Below the pieces are notes generated by a model, which saw only the letters and a program-made list of their open reading frames with translations, had not been told where the DNA came from and searched no databases. A DNA stretch of 64,000 bases from Dehalococcoidia bacterium (GTDB lineage: Bacteria > Chloroflexota > Dehalococcoidia > Lucifugimonadales > VXLM01). The translations under genes were made by a program, and so were the position numbers. The stretch covers positions 2,326,507 through 2,390,506 of the forward strand of contig OY759598.1 of NCBI GenBank assembly GCA_963662435.1. Reading direction: 5' to 3'. Shown piece after piece: positions 31,453 to 41,185 of the stretch. Within the stretch, counting starts at the first letter, position 1, and each line of letters starts with the position of its first letter.

Positions 31453-32508
31453 ATGCAGATTAATGTAACCGCATTGGTCGATACGTTGAGGCTTGCAAGA
31501 TCACCCCGCGAGTTCATGCGTTACGCCAGGGGCAACATCGAGCTTTGGGCAAACCTCATTATTATCAGCTGTGCAATCGCTTTTATTGTCGGAAAGGGCG
31601 TGGGGTTTGCCATTTCCATTGGTACAGTGTTCGCTATCTGGGCGATCCTTGCGGTAAGTCTGAACCTGGTAGTTGGTTACGCCGGGCTCCTTTCGGTGGG
31701 ACACGTAGGGTTCTTCGGAATCGGTGCATACACCGTCGCCATACTCACATCGGACGCGGCATACGAACAGTTGCGCACGGAGGCCATTCCCACCTTCGGC
31801 TGGCCCTTCTTCGCCGCCCTCCCCCTGGCGGTGATCATCGCGGGTGTAGTCGCCATCGCAGTGGGCATCGTGTTCAACCGGTTCAGGGACGATATCTACG
31901 TCCTTGTCTCCTTCGGGTTTGCCATTATTTCTTTCAATCTCTTTTTAAACCTCAGAAGCGTTACGAGGGGGGCGTTTGGAATCCACGAAATAGCCCGCCC
32001 TGAGATCGGCGGGTGGGTGATCGACGGCGAATTTCAGTTTCTCGCCCTCGTCTTTGCATTCCTGGCACTTGTCGTACTTGTCTCTTGGTTCATAGTTTCC
32101 TCCTCCTTCGGACGGGTGCTGACCGCTATAAGAGAGGACGAGCAGGCAACAGAAGTATTCGGGTACCAAGTAACCCACTTCAAGCTGGCGATCTGGGTAA
32201 TCTCCGCCATGATGGCCGGCCTTGCCGGAGGGCTGTTCGCGAGTTGGACCACCTTCATCGATCCCAACTCCTTCATCCTCTTGGAATCGATGCTACTGGT
32301 GTCCATAGTCATCCTGGGCGGACTGGCTACGATCTGGGGTTCCATCCTGGGGGCAATAGTATTCGTTCTGCTGGAAGAAGGAATGCGCTTCATTGGGTTC
32401 CTACCGGCGGAGTACGTAGGTCAGGCCCGCCAAGTTGTCCTGGGAATTCTCCTGGTCTTGCTCATGCTATTCAGGCCACAAGGTCTCGTAGGGAGGTTCA
32501 AGCTGTGA
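31453..32508 (+). CDS. livM: branched-chain amino acid ABC permease, LivM-like
   Basis: SLNLVVGYAGLLSVGH, FGRVLTAIREDE and RPQGL motifs. Confidence 0.9.
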   Translation: MQINVTALVDTLRLARSPREFMRYARGNIELWANLIIISCAIAFIVGKGVGFAISIGTVFAIWAILAVSLNLVVGYAGLLSVGHVGFFGIGAYTVAILTSDAAYEQLRTEAIPTFGWPFFAALPLAVIIAGVVAIAVGIVFNRFRDDIYVLVSFGFAIISFNLFLNLRSVTRGAFGIHEIARPEIGGWVIDGEFQFLALVFAFLALVVLVSWFIVSSSFGRVLTAIREDEQATEVFGYQVTHFKLAIWVISAMMAGLAGGLFASWTTFIDPNSFILLESMLLVSIVILGGLATIWGSILGAIVFVLLEEGMRFIGFLPAEYVGQARQVVLGILLVLLMLFRPQGLVGRFKL

Positions 32509-33275
32509 CCACTGTGCACGTCGACAATATCGACCTCGACGCCCTCTTCGCCCTCAGAACCAAGGAGGTCTCAAAGCACTTCGGCGCGGTCAAGGCCGTC
32601 GACGAGCTCAGCATCTCCATCTTTCGGGAATGGATAACGTGCATCGTCGGTCCGAATGGATCGGGAAAGTCGAGCCTTATCAATCTCCTGAGCGGAATTC
32701 TCCCCCTTGACAGCGGGTTAGTGATAATCGACGGTGTGGGTCTCCGCGTCGTGAAGGCCCACGAGACTCCGGACCACGGCATCACGAGGACCTTCCAGGA
32801 GGTGAGGCTCTTTGACCAGATCAGCGTGTGGGACAACATCATGGTAGCGCTGACCGAAAGGCGGCTCCTACCCTCGTTGTTCGAGCGGGCCAGTCCAGCC
32901 CATAAGGAGAAGGCGCAGGGCATTCTGCAAAGCGTCGGCATGTGGGAAAAGAAGGACTCGTTGGCGATGGACCTCTCCTACGGTCAGCGGAAGTTGCTGG
33001 AGATCGGACGCGCCATGGCAATGGACGTGAGCATATACCTGTTCGACGAACCCTTTGCCGGCCTCTTCCCCCAGATGTTGGAGAAGGTCAAGGCCCTATT
33101 GAAGGACATGAGAGAACGAGGGAACACCATCATCTTCGTATCTCACAACATGGACATCGTTAGAGAGTTGTCGGACCATCTCTTCGTATTGGACAGCGGC
33201 ACGCTGCTCGCCGTAGGAGAGGTCGATGAAGTGCTAAGCAGACCGGATGTAATCGACGCCTACTTGGGTACCTAG
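32505..33275 (+). CDS. livG: ABC ATP-binding subunit, LivG-like
   Basis: GTG start overlapping the livM stop (GTGA); GPNGSGKS, LSYGQRK, DEPFAG and AYLG motifs. Confidence 0.9.
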   Translation: MTTVHVDNIDLDALFALRTKEVSKHFGAVKAVDELSISIFREWITCIVGPNGSGKSSLINLLSGILPLDSGLVIIDGVGLRVVKAHETPDHGITRTFQEVRLFDQISVWDNIMVALTERRLLPSLFERASPAHKEKAQGILQSVGMWEKKDSLAMDLSYGQRKLLEIGRAMAMDVSIYLFDEPFAGLFPQMLEKVKALLKDMRERGNTIIFVSHNMDIVRELSDHLFVLDSGTLLAVGEVDEVLSRPDVIDAYLGT

Positions 33276-33296
33276 TGTCGATGAGAAATTGGAACG

Positions 33297-34028
33297 ATGC
33301 TTCTTGAACTGCTCAACATATCCGTCCGATACGGGGCCGTATCAGCCCTGACCGACGTGTCACTGGGCGTGCAGAAGGGAGAGGTCGTTGCCGTGATGGG
33401 TCCCAACGGCGCCGGCAAATCGACCGTCCTGAAGGCCATCATGGGACTCGCGCCCGTCGTCGCCGGAAAGGTGCACTGGCAGAGCCAACCTCTGTCGGCG
33501 GCCACACATGAGATTGTGAAGGAGGGCATCTCTTTCGTCCCGCAGGGGAGGCGGGTGTTCACCCACCTGTCAATTGAAGAGAATCTCGAAATGGGTTGCC
33601 TCTACCTAAAAGACAAGCAGGAGAAGGCCCGTCGACTGGACTCGGTCCTTGAGCTCTTCCCGGTCCTCTACGAAAAGCGTAGAGACTTCGCCAGCCAGAT
33701 GTCGGGAGGACAGCAGCAGATGCTGGCGCTCGGAAGAGGGCTAATGTCTGATCCGCAGGTGTTGCTTCTCGATGAGCCCACGCTTGGCCTCGCTCCCAGG
33801 GTCGTAAGTGAGGTGTTCGAGAAGGTCGCCCAGATCAGCGAGAGGTTCAGCACCACGATCATGGTCGTTGAGCACAACATCAAGGGAGTGTTGGACATCG
33901 TGAACCGGGCCTACGTGCTGGACATGGGCCGAGTGGTGTTCGAGGGCACTCCCGAATCAGTGCGAGAGACCGATATCCTGACCGAGGTGTTCCTGGGTAA
34001 AGTCAGCTACGACCAAGAAGAGTCGTAA
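33297..34028 (+). CDS. livF: ABC ATP-binding subunit, LivF-like
   Basis: GPNGAGKST, MSGGQQQM and LLDEPTLGLAP motifs. Confidence 0.92.
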   Translation: MLLELLNISVRYGAVSALTDVSLGVQKGEVVAVMGPNGAGKSTVLKAIMGLAPVVAGKVHWQSQPLSAATHEIVKEGISFVPQGRRVFTHLSIEENLEMGCLYLKDKQEKARRLDSVLELFPVLYEKRRDFASQMSGGQQQMLALGRGLMSDPQVLLLDEPTLGLAPRVVSEVFEKVAQISERFSTTIMVVEHNIKGVLDIVNRAYVLDMGRVVFEGTPESVRETDILTEVFLGKVSYDQEES

Positions 34029-34190
34029 TTACGGCCATCTCGAGCTGATGGCAACCATCGTTCAGCCTCAGCTCTGCCCTTTCGACTGACTGTACGCCCC
34101 TCTTCCTTTAGGTTATGTCCGGTCGGTTGGCTAACCAGGGTATGCTCGTCCACTCTATAGCCAGCGCTCATACGTGCTGGAACAGTCCCG

Positions 34191-35555
34191 CTACTCCCCC
34201 ATTTTCCTTCTGGATGAGCCTCTTCCGGCCCGCAGCAGTACCAGGTATCCGATAACGCCTGAAATGGCTGAGCCAAGGAGAATACCGATCTTCGCCTCGA
34301 TGGTGAGCATTTCATGGGTGAATGCGAGCTTCGTAATGAATAAGGACATCGTGAATCCGATTCCACCCAGTAGGGCAACGCCGTAGAACTGAGTCCACGT
34401 GACTCCATAGGGCAGTGCTGCGAATCCAATCCGCACGGCGGCCCAAGAGAACAACGTGACGCCAACCTGCTTCCCTATGACCAAGCCGAGAACGATGCCC
34501 AAGGTTACAGGGTGGGAAAGCGCGGCCAAGAAGTCGCCTTCGATCTTGACTCCGGCATTAGAAAGGGCAAACAGCGGCATGATGATGAAGGCCACCCAGG
34601 GGTGCAGGGCGGTCTCGAACCTCTGTAGAGGAGATTGCAGTTTGTGAGCGGTGTCCTCCACTTCCTTGAGGATAGCTCTCTGTTCGCTCGACGTCTCGTC
34701 CTCGTGTCCATACTCTCCTGAGCGTTCAAATACCAAGAGTAGATCACGACTGCGGGCAACAAACCCAGCAGAGTTGACGCGCACGCGGATGGGAATCGTT
34801 GCCGCGACCAGTACACCGGCAACGGTCGCGTGCACCCCGGACTTGAGGAATGCCAGCCAAACGATCACTCCGAGCACCGTGTATACCAAGGGATGCCTGA
34901 TACCCAGGCGCGCTACAACCACGAGCGTGGCCAGGAATATCGCCCCGATTCCCAGGTTGTCCCACGCTATGTCTCCAGTGTAGAAGACGGCGATGACAAT
35001 TACCGCCCCAATATCGTCGATTATCGCGAAGGCCGCCAAGAAAATCTTCAACGGCAGCGGAGCTCTAGACCGCAATAGGGAAAGTACGCCGAGACTAAAG
35101 GCGATGTCTGTGGCCATCGGCACGCCCCAACCCCTGAAGGCCTCGCCGCTCGGGTTGAACAAGACATATATCAGCGCCGGGACAATCATTCCGCCCAGCG
35201 CCGCGAATATGGGTAGTGCCGCCCTGCGCACCGAACTCAGTTCACCAACTACAATCGCCCGCTTTATCTCGAGGCCAACGACGAAGAAGAAGACTGCCAT
35301 GAGACCGTCGTCGATCCAATGATGCAGGGTTTCGTTAATGACCCAGTCTCCGAACCCGATCGAAAGGTGCATATCGAAGAGTTCTACATACGTGTGATAC
35401 CAAGGGGAGTTAGCCCAGATCAGCGCCACGACCGCTGCCACGAACAGCATAATGCCGCTCGACGCCTCCTCATGCATGAACCTTTGAACAGGCCGCATGA
35501 GCTGAGATATCGGTGTTTGAGAGGATCCGTGAAAGGTGTCGGTTAGTCTATCCAT
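34191..35555 (-). CDS. nhaA: Na+/H+ antiporter NhaA
   Basis: DGLMAVFFF, GWGVPMATDIAF, AIIDD and GIGFTMSLFI motifs. Confidence 0.95.
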   Translation of the reverse strand: MDRLTDTFHGSSQTPISQLMRPVQRFMHEEASSGIMLFVAAVVALIWANSPWYHTYVELFDMHLSIGFGDWVINETLHHWIDDGLMAVFFFVVGLEIKRAIVVGELSSVRRAALPIFAALGGMIVPALIYVLFNPSGEAFRGWGVPMATDIAFSLGVLSLLRSRAPLPLKIFLAAFAIIDDIGAVIVIAVFYTGDIAWDNLGIGAIFLATLVVVARLGIRHPLVYTVLGVIVWLAFLKSGVHATVAGVLVAATIPIRVRVNSAGFVARSRDLLLVFERSGEYGHEDETSSEQRAILKEVEDTAHKLQSPLQRFETALHPWVAFIIMPLFALSNAGVKIEGDFLAALSHPVTLGIVLGLVIGKQVGVTLFSWAAVRIGFAALPYGVTWTQFYGVALLGGIGFTMSLFITKLAFTHEMLTIEAKIGILLGSAISGVIGYLVLLRAGRGSSRRKMGE

Positions 35556-35678
35556 ACGTTGTGCAGAGCCGTAGCGGCTACGTTAAGAATATATCGCAGC
35601 TTATGAGTTAGATGCCAAGAATCGAGCAGGTGATTTATCACTTACTTTTGTGCAGTGCCGAATTTTGTGCGGTGGCAT

Positions 35679-36101
35679 TCATCGGGTAAGGAGGAATATC
35701 GCCCCACCCGCCAGAATCACTCCAATGACCCTGGTCAGCTTGACTTCCTCGCCGAGGAAAGCGAGCCCGATGAAGGTCGCGACGAGAACGTACATGGCGA
35801 AGATTGGAACGACCACCGAGGTGGGGCCCCGGCTGAGGGCGATGTAGTAACCAATAATGCTGAGGCTCAATGTCAGTCCGGCAAGGAGCGTTAGGAGCAT
35901 CGGCCGGGACAAGGAAAGGTGGGCGGCTACCTGCTCGCCTCGGTACAGGACCAGACCGACGCCCGCAAGAACGAGTACCGCATTAGTGATGACAATCGCA
36001 ACTCCCGGCGGAATGTCTCTCAGGGCTAATTTAAGTATTATGGCAGTTACGCCGTAACCCGTCATTGCCACGATTGCCCAGGCGACATAGCTCATGCGCA
36101 T
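35679..36101 (-). CDS. single-domain EamA family transporter
   Basis: About 5 TM helices; GPTSVVVP and FLGE motifs; start 36101 or 36095. Confidence 0.8.
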   Translation of the reverse strand: MRMSYVAWAIVAMTGYGVTAIILKLALRDIPPGVAIVITNAVLVLAGVGLVLYRGEQVAAHLSLSRPMLLTLLAGLTLSLSIIGYYIALSRGPTSVVVPIFAMYVLVATFIGLAFLGEEVKLTRVIGVILAGGAIFLLTR

Positions 36102-36244
36102 GATTCCCTTCGAGCGGGTCGCGCCTACCGCGAATTCACCGAGAGTATACCATCGCGGCAACGATTCACGTTTGATGGCAGGAGGCACGAGGTGCGAGTG
36201 GTAAGAATGGGCCATCGACGAGAAGGGAGACGAGAGACGGGATC

Positions 36245-36547
36245 TTACCTGTCGCCCTCCGAGACCCTGCGTTCCAAGAAGCGGCCGATGTAGTCCCGCT
36301 CTGCGACGGGCCCGCCAAAGAGGGTGCGGCGAATCTGCTGGTAGAGAAAGTACCCGAAGAGGGCGAGTCCGGTCCCGGCGGGAAGAATGGCCAACAGCAG
36401 TATCAAGGCGATTAGGCTTCCGTCCAATGTCCCGCTGAACAGGACTAGGCGAACGAGTCGAACAGCAGTAATGGCCACGATTGGAGCCATCACAATGACC
36501 ACCAGCATCCCAGCGGCATAGAGGGCGATCGATATCGGCTTTGACAT
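36245..36547 (-). CDS. hypothetical membrane protein
   Basis: 100-aa ORF with two hydrophobic segments, co-oriented with its neighbours. Confidence 0.55.
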   Translation of the reverse strand: MSKPISIALYAAGMLVVIVMAPIVAITAVRLVRLVLFSGTLDGSLIALILLLAILPAGTGLALFGYFLYQQIRRTLFGGPVAERDYIGRFLERRVSEGDR

Positions 36548-36575
36548 TTGGGAACCTATGTTTCGGTAGGAAGAG

Positions 36576-37538
36576 CTATTTGAGCACGGCCATCAGGGCG
36601 GCTTCCAGTTCTTCTTCAGTCGCGAACGCCTCGAACTTGGCTGCCACCTTGCCCTCGGCATCCATGACAAACGTCCAAGGCTCCGTGGGCAGTTCCCAGT
36701 CGATCATTGCCTGCGAGAGGGGCGCGCTCTGCAGATCGCCCTCGATTTCTGCCGGCTTGTCGTAGACCTCGACGTGGATGAAGTTGACGTCCCTGTAGTA
36801 GAAGTCCTTGAGATCCTTGATAACCTCGAGCTGAGGGCCGCATGTCGCGGTGCGGCAGAAGGCGGGCGTGGAGAAGGCGACAACAAGGGGCTTCCCCGTT
36901 TCCAGGGCCTCGGCCACGGTGAGGGCGTACAGGTCCTCATCCGGGTCGGGGTCGGAGGTGATGACCTTCAGGTCGGAGAAGTCATCCGCAAGTTTAGTGA
37001 GGCTTGCCGGCGGTCGTTCTCCAATGCCGGGCGTATCGCTCGCGGTCTTGATCTTTAGCCCTGCAGACGTCGTGGCGTTCGATCCCAAATGGTCGACAAA
37101 CTGTGCGACGACGCCCCAGTCTCCCTTCCGGTCGAAGTCGAAGTTGGCCGTGTATAACCCCGTTTGCCCAATGGGCCAGTCGCGCCAAACGGCGCGGGCC
37201 GTCTGGATCGGTCCCTCCTGCTGACCAGCACCAAGATAGAACGTGGAGATGAGGACGTCGGCATCGCGGATAGGACCGGACTCTACGTCGACGAGTCCGA
37301 ATGCAAGGCGATTTCGGCCCACTCCTAGATCGGTCGATGCCAGGGTGATGCGCACAGAGGACGTTTCGGTTGAAGTCTCACCGGAGTCCTGAGCTTGACG
37401 GGGTGTTTGGGTGGGACGTTCGATAACCACATCCGTGTCACAAGCCGCGATCGACAGTGCAACGATTAACGCGACAATGCTGCTGAGCCAGAGATCCGAT
37501 ATCCCATGCCCTCGAGGAAAGACGTGCTGCATGCGCAT
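36576..37538 (-). CDS. putative lipoprotein with C-terminal thioredoxin-like domain
   Basis: IAAC lipobox; PLVVAFSTPAFCRTATCGP, FIHVEVY and TEPWTFV motifs. Confidence 0.75.
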   Translation of the reverse strand: MRMQHVFPRGHGISDLWLSSIVALIVALSIAACDTDVVIERPTQTPRQAQDSGETSTETSSVRITLASTDLGVGRNRLAFGLVDVESGPIRDADVLISTFYLGAGQQEGPIQTARAVWRDWPIGQTGLYTANFDFDRKGDWGVVAQFVDHLGSNATTSAGLKIKTASDTPGIGERPPASLTKLADDFSDLKVITSDPDPDEDLYALTVAEALETGKPLVVAFSTPAFCRTATCGPQLEVIKDLKDFYYRDVNFIHVEVYDKPAEIEGDLQSAPLSQAMIDWELPTEPWTFVMDAEGKVAAKFEAFATEEELEAALMAVLK

Positions 37539-37542
37539 GCTC

Positions 37543-37962
37543 TTACTGGTCGCCTAGTCCCTCTCGCTCCAGATGCGCCGCATGGATGAACTCAACAATC
37601 TCGGCAGTAGAAGTGCCGGGGCCAAAGACCCCTCCCACACCCATGTCCTGGAGTGCCTCCCTGTCCTCTTCCGGGATGATTCCCCCGGCCACTACGATCA
37701 CTTCCTCCATCTCGTTGATCTTCAACCTTTCGAAGATGAGGGGGAAGAGGTCCATATGCGCCCCTGAAAGAATGCTCAGGGCGACAACGTCCACGTCCTC
37801 CTCCAAGGCGGTGTCGGCGATCATTTCCGGGGTCTGACGGATGCCGGTGTATTTGACATCCATGCCCGCGTCTCTCAGCGCCCGAGCTATGATCTTCGCT
37901 CCACGGTCGTGGCCGTCCAGTCCGGGTTTGGCCACTAATACCTTGATTGCCCTGCTCACCAT
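37543..37962 (-). CDS. cobalamin-binding subunit of methylmalonyl-CoA mutase family
   Basis: [10 protein letters not shown] (DxHxxG), SILSGAH, GGIIP and FGPG motifs. Confidence 0.93.
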   Translation of the reverse strand: MVSRAIKVLVAKPGLDGHDRGAKIIARALRDAGMDVKYTGIRQTPEMIADTALEEDVDVVALSILSGAHMDLFPLIFERLKINEMEEVIVVAGGIIPEEDREALQDMGVGGVFGPGTSTAEIVEFIHAAHLEREGLGDQ

Positions 37963-37971
37963 AGTCGACCG

Positions 37972-38394
37972 CTACCTCCTGGCGTCGTCCTGATCGACCA
38001 ACTCGATCAGGACGCCTCTCGTAGACTTTGGGTGCAGGAAGCCTATCGTGCCCGACAGACCTTCACGCGGCTCACGGTCAATGACGGTAACGCCCTGCTC
38101 GTCGAGACGTTGCAGTGTACCTGCAAGGTCCTCAACCTCGAAGCAGATGTGATGAACGCCCTCGCCACGACGGTCAATGAACTTTGCCACGCCGCCGTCG
38201 GGGTCGGTGGGCTCGATGAATTCCAGCTGAGAACCGCCCACTCGAATCAATGTCGCCCGAACGGCCTGGTCCTCGATGTCGACGACCTCGCTGTCAGTCG
38301 CTCCAAATACGTCGCGGTAGAACCGAATCGTATCGTCGATGTCCTTCACCGCGATGCAGACATGATTGATATCCCTCGCCGTGCAAATGCTCAT
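37972..38394 (-). CDS. mce: methylmalonyl-CoA epimerase
   Basis: NHVCIAV, LEFIEP, GEGVHHICFEV and FLHPKSTRGVLIEL motifs. Confidence 0.92.
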   Translation of the reverse strand: MSICTARDINHVCIAVKDIDDTIRFYRDVFGATDSEVVDIEDQAVRATLIRVGGSQLEFIEPTDPDGGVAKFIDRRGEGVHHICFEVEDLAGTLQRLDEQGVTVIDREPREGLSGTIGFLHPKSTRGVLIELVDQDDARR

Positions 38395-38517
38395 TCCGTA
38401 CTCCGAAGTGTGCTCTGGGGAGGTCGAGACTGGGCGCCGCCCCGCGCATCAAGTATACCCGATTCGCCCAGGCGACCCTCAGATTTGCGACAGATCAGTG
38501 ATTTGATATTCTGTATA

Positions 38518-38558
38518 CTTGATACGCCTTGACTCAACTATTATTCCACATATATAGT
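38518..38558 (+). promoter_or_regulatory. clpC promoter overlapped by a HAIR-like (HspR) operator
   Basis: CTTGATA-N7-ACTCAAC (38518-38538) versus the HAIR consensus CTTGAGT-N7-ACTCAAG; TTGACT-N18-TATAGT promoter. Confidence 0.55.
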
Positions 38559-38668
38559 TAACTAGACTCACACACAAAGTGACTGTCGATCAATCCCGTC
38601 AAATAAATTTGGACTCCTCACACTCTGGGGGGCGTTAGGACATCAGGGTTAGAGAAAACACACGGTAG

Positions 38669-41119
38669 GTGATCAACATGGTACTAAAGCCGGACGATTT
38701 CACGGAGCAGGCACAGGAGATTCTTGGGAAGTCTCAAGAGGTGGTGCGTCGCTATCGCCACAGCCAGTGGGACGTAGAGCACGTCCTGATGGCGATTCTC
38801 GAACAGCAGGAGGGAGCGGCGGGGCAGCTCTTGTCTGAGCTTGGTGTGAACATCGAGGAAATGCACGAGCGACTAGACCAGGCGATGGAGATGAGCCCCA
38901 AGCTGGAGTTCGAGTCGAACCAGATATTCATGACGCCGCGTGCCCGCGACATGCTCGCAGCCGCAACGGAGGAGTCCAAGCGCCTCAACGACGAATTCAT
39001 CAGTTCCGAGCACCTGTTGATTGTGATCGCGAAGGATGACAAGGGCGCGTCCGCTCCTCTGCTGAAGGAGTTTCAGGTCGATGTCGAGAGAATATACAAG
39101 GCATTGCAGCAGGTGCGGGGCAGCCGCCGGGTGAGTGACCAGAAGGCCGAGAGCCGGTACAAGTCGCTGGAGAGGTTCAGCGTGGACCTGACCGATCTGG
39201 CTCGACACGGGAAGCTCGACCCGGTAATTGGACGGGACAACGAGATCCGGCGAGTGATGCAGACGCTCATCAGGCGGACGAAGAACAACCCTGTTCTCAT
39301 CGGCGGTGCGGGCGTAGGCAAGACGGCCATCGCCGAGGGACTTGCCCTGGCCATCGTAGCGGGCGACGTGCCCGAAGAGCTGGAGGGCCGCAGCGTACTT
39401 GCGCTTGATATTGGGGGCATGGTGGCAGGGAGCAAGTTCCGGGGTGAGTTCGAGGAGCGGCTCAAGGGAGTGATGGACGAGATTCGCGAGGCGCAAGGCG
39501 AGGTCGTCCTGTTCATCGACGAACTGCACACCGTCGTCGGAGCGGGGGCGGCTGAGGGAGCCATCGATGCGAGCAACATGATGAAGCCCGCTCTCGCGAG
39601 GGGCGAGCTACAGACCATAGGCGCGACGACCGAGCCGGAGTACCGCAAGTACATTGAGAAGGACGCCGCCCTCGAACGTCGCTTCCAGCCGATACTGGTG
39701 GAGGAGCCCGATGAGGAGGTGGCCATTGAGATGATCCGTGGGCTCCGCCCGAAATACGAGAGCCACCACAAGGTATCGTTCACGGACGAGGCCGTCGAAG
39801 CAGCGGTCAAGCTGAGCCGCCGGTACATCACCGACCGGCTGCTGCCCGACAAGGCAGTCGATCTCATCGACGAGGCAGCGAGCAAATTGCGCATCGACGC
39901 GCAGGGTCTACCAAGGGGTCTCAAGACCAAAGACAGCCGTATTCGCGAACTGCTCAACGAGGAGGAAGCGCTTTCAGATCGAGGGGAGTTCGAGACCGCC
40001 ATGGAGATCAAGGCTGAGCGGATGCGGCTACAGGAGGAGTTCGAAGCCGAACGGGCGGCTATCGACATTCCAGTCGAACGCGACATGACGGTTACCTCTG
40101 AGCAGATCGGGAGCCTGATCGCAAGCTGGACGGGGATTCCCGTAGACCGCCTTCTAGAGAGCGAGGCGGAGAAGCTGCTCCACATGGAGGAGCGGCTTCA
40201 CGAGCGTGTGCGCGGCCAGGACTCGGCCGTGTCGGCGGTCTCCGACGCCGTTCGCCGCGCGAGGTCGGGACTGAAGGACCCGAAGCGCCCCATCGGCAGC
40301 TTCATCTTTCTCGGGCCGACAGGGGTGGGCAAGACCGAGCTGGCACGTGCCCTCGCCGAGTACCTGTTCGACGACGAGCAGAATATGGTCAGGGTCGATA
40401 TGTCCGAGTACTCCGAGCGGCACTCAGTGTCACGTCTCGTCGGCGCTCCTCCGGGATACGTCGGCTTCGACGAGGGCGGTCAGCTGACCGAGGCCGTTCG
40501 GAGGCGGCCGTTCAAGGTGGTGTTGTTCGATGAGATAGAGAAGGCTCACCCGGAGGTGTTCAACATCATGCTCCAGATCCTGGAGGACGGGCGTCTGACC
40601 GACGGACACGGTCGCACGGTGGACTTCACCAATACGGTGCTCGTCATGACGAGCAACCTGGGCACTGGAGACTCCGAAGGTCCGGCACTGGGATTTCTGT
40701 CGGGTGTCGGAAGTAGTGCGGAGAACCGGAACGCCGACGTTGAGGACGCGCTCAAGAGGGCTTTCAGGCCGGAGTTCCTGAACCGCATCGACGAGATCAT
40801 CATCTTCGACCGGCTGTCGATGGAGCAGATCAAAGAGATCGTCGACATTCAGGTCGGGGAGGTCATGGAGCGGATGGCGGAGCATGGGATAACCATGGGG
40901 CTCACGGACGCGGCGAGGGAGTGGCTCGCCGAGGAAGGATTCGACGAGAAATTCGGGGCTCGCCCGATCCGAAGGGCCGTACAGCGCCACGTCGAGAACG
41001 CTCTGTCCAAGCGCATCCTGTCGCGGGAGTTGACCGACGGCGATCACGTGACCGTCGACGCCAGCGAGGATGGGCTGCTGTTTCAGACGGCTGTGACGGT
41101 GGAGTCTGTCCTGGTCTGA
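38669..41119 (+). CDS. clpC: ATP-dependent Clp protease ATPase subunit, ClpC-type
   Basis: Clp N-domain, two AAA+ modules (GVGKT twice), short middle domain and LGF ClpP-docking loop; start may be ATG 38678. Confidence 0.88.
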   Translation: MINMVLKPDDFTEQAQEILGKSQEVVRRYRHSQWDVEHVLMAILEQQEGAAGQLLSELGVNIEEMHERLDQAMEMSPKLEFESNQIFMTPRARDMLAAATEESKRLNDEFISSEHLLIVIAKDDKGASAPLLKEFQVDVERIYKALQQVRGSRRVSDQKAESRYKSLERFSVDLTDLARHGKLDPVIGRDNEIRRVMQTLIRRTKNNPVLIGGAGVGKTAIAEGLALAIVAGDVPEELEGRSVLALDIGGMVAGSKFRGEFEERLKGVMDEIREAQGEVVLFIDELHTVVGAGAAEGAIDASNMMKPALARGELQTIGATTEPEYRKYIEKDAALERRFQPILVEEPDEEVAIEMIRGLRPKYESHHKVSFTDEAVEAAVKLSRRYITDRLLPDKAVDLIDEAASKLRIDAQGLPRGLKTKDSRIRELLNEEEALSDRGEFETAMEIKAERMRLQEEFEAERAAIDIPVERDMTVTSEQIGSLIASWTGIPVDRLLESEAEKLLHMEERLHERVRGQDSAVSAVSDAVRRARSGLKDPKRPIGSFIFLGPTGVGKTELARALAEYLFDDEQNMVRVDMSEYSERHSVSRLVGAPPGYVGFDEGGQLTEAVRRRPFKVVLFDEIEKAHPEVFNIMLQILEDGRLTDGHGRTVDFTNTVLVMTSNLGTGDSEGPALGFLSGVGSSAENRNADVEDALKRAFRPEFLNRIDEIIIFDRLSMEQIKEIVDIQVGEVMERMAEHGITMGLTDAAREWLAEEGFDEKFGARPIRRAVQRHVENALSKRILSRELTDGDHVTVDASEDGLLFQTAVTVESVLV

Positions 41120-41166
41120 CGAGCTGGGACACGCCCGTACCCAGTGTCTCTCTTCGACTCCGTCTG

Positions 41167-41185
41167 GTAGGGGCAGATTTGAAAC
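41167..41185. repeat. left half of a GTAG-type REP hairpin plus 9-bp target duplication
   Basis: GTAGGGGCAG followed by ATTTGAAAC. Confidence 0.85.

Noticed and set aside
32013..32504. N-terminal extension of LivG in the ORF track
   Set aside because: Overlaps livM out of frame; the coupled GTG at 32505 gives a normal-length ATPase
38669..41119. ClpB call
   Set aside because: Short middle domain and an LGF ClpP-docking loop favour ClpC
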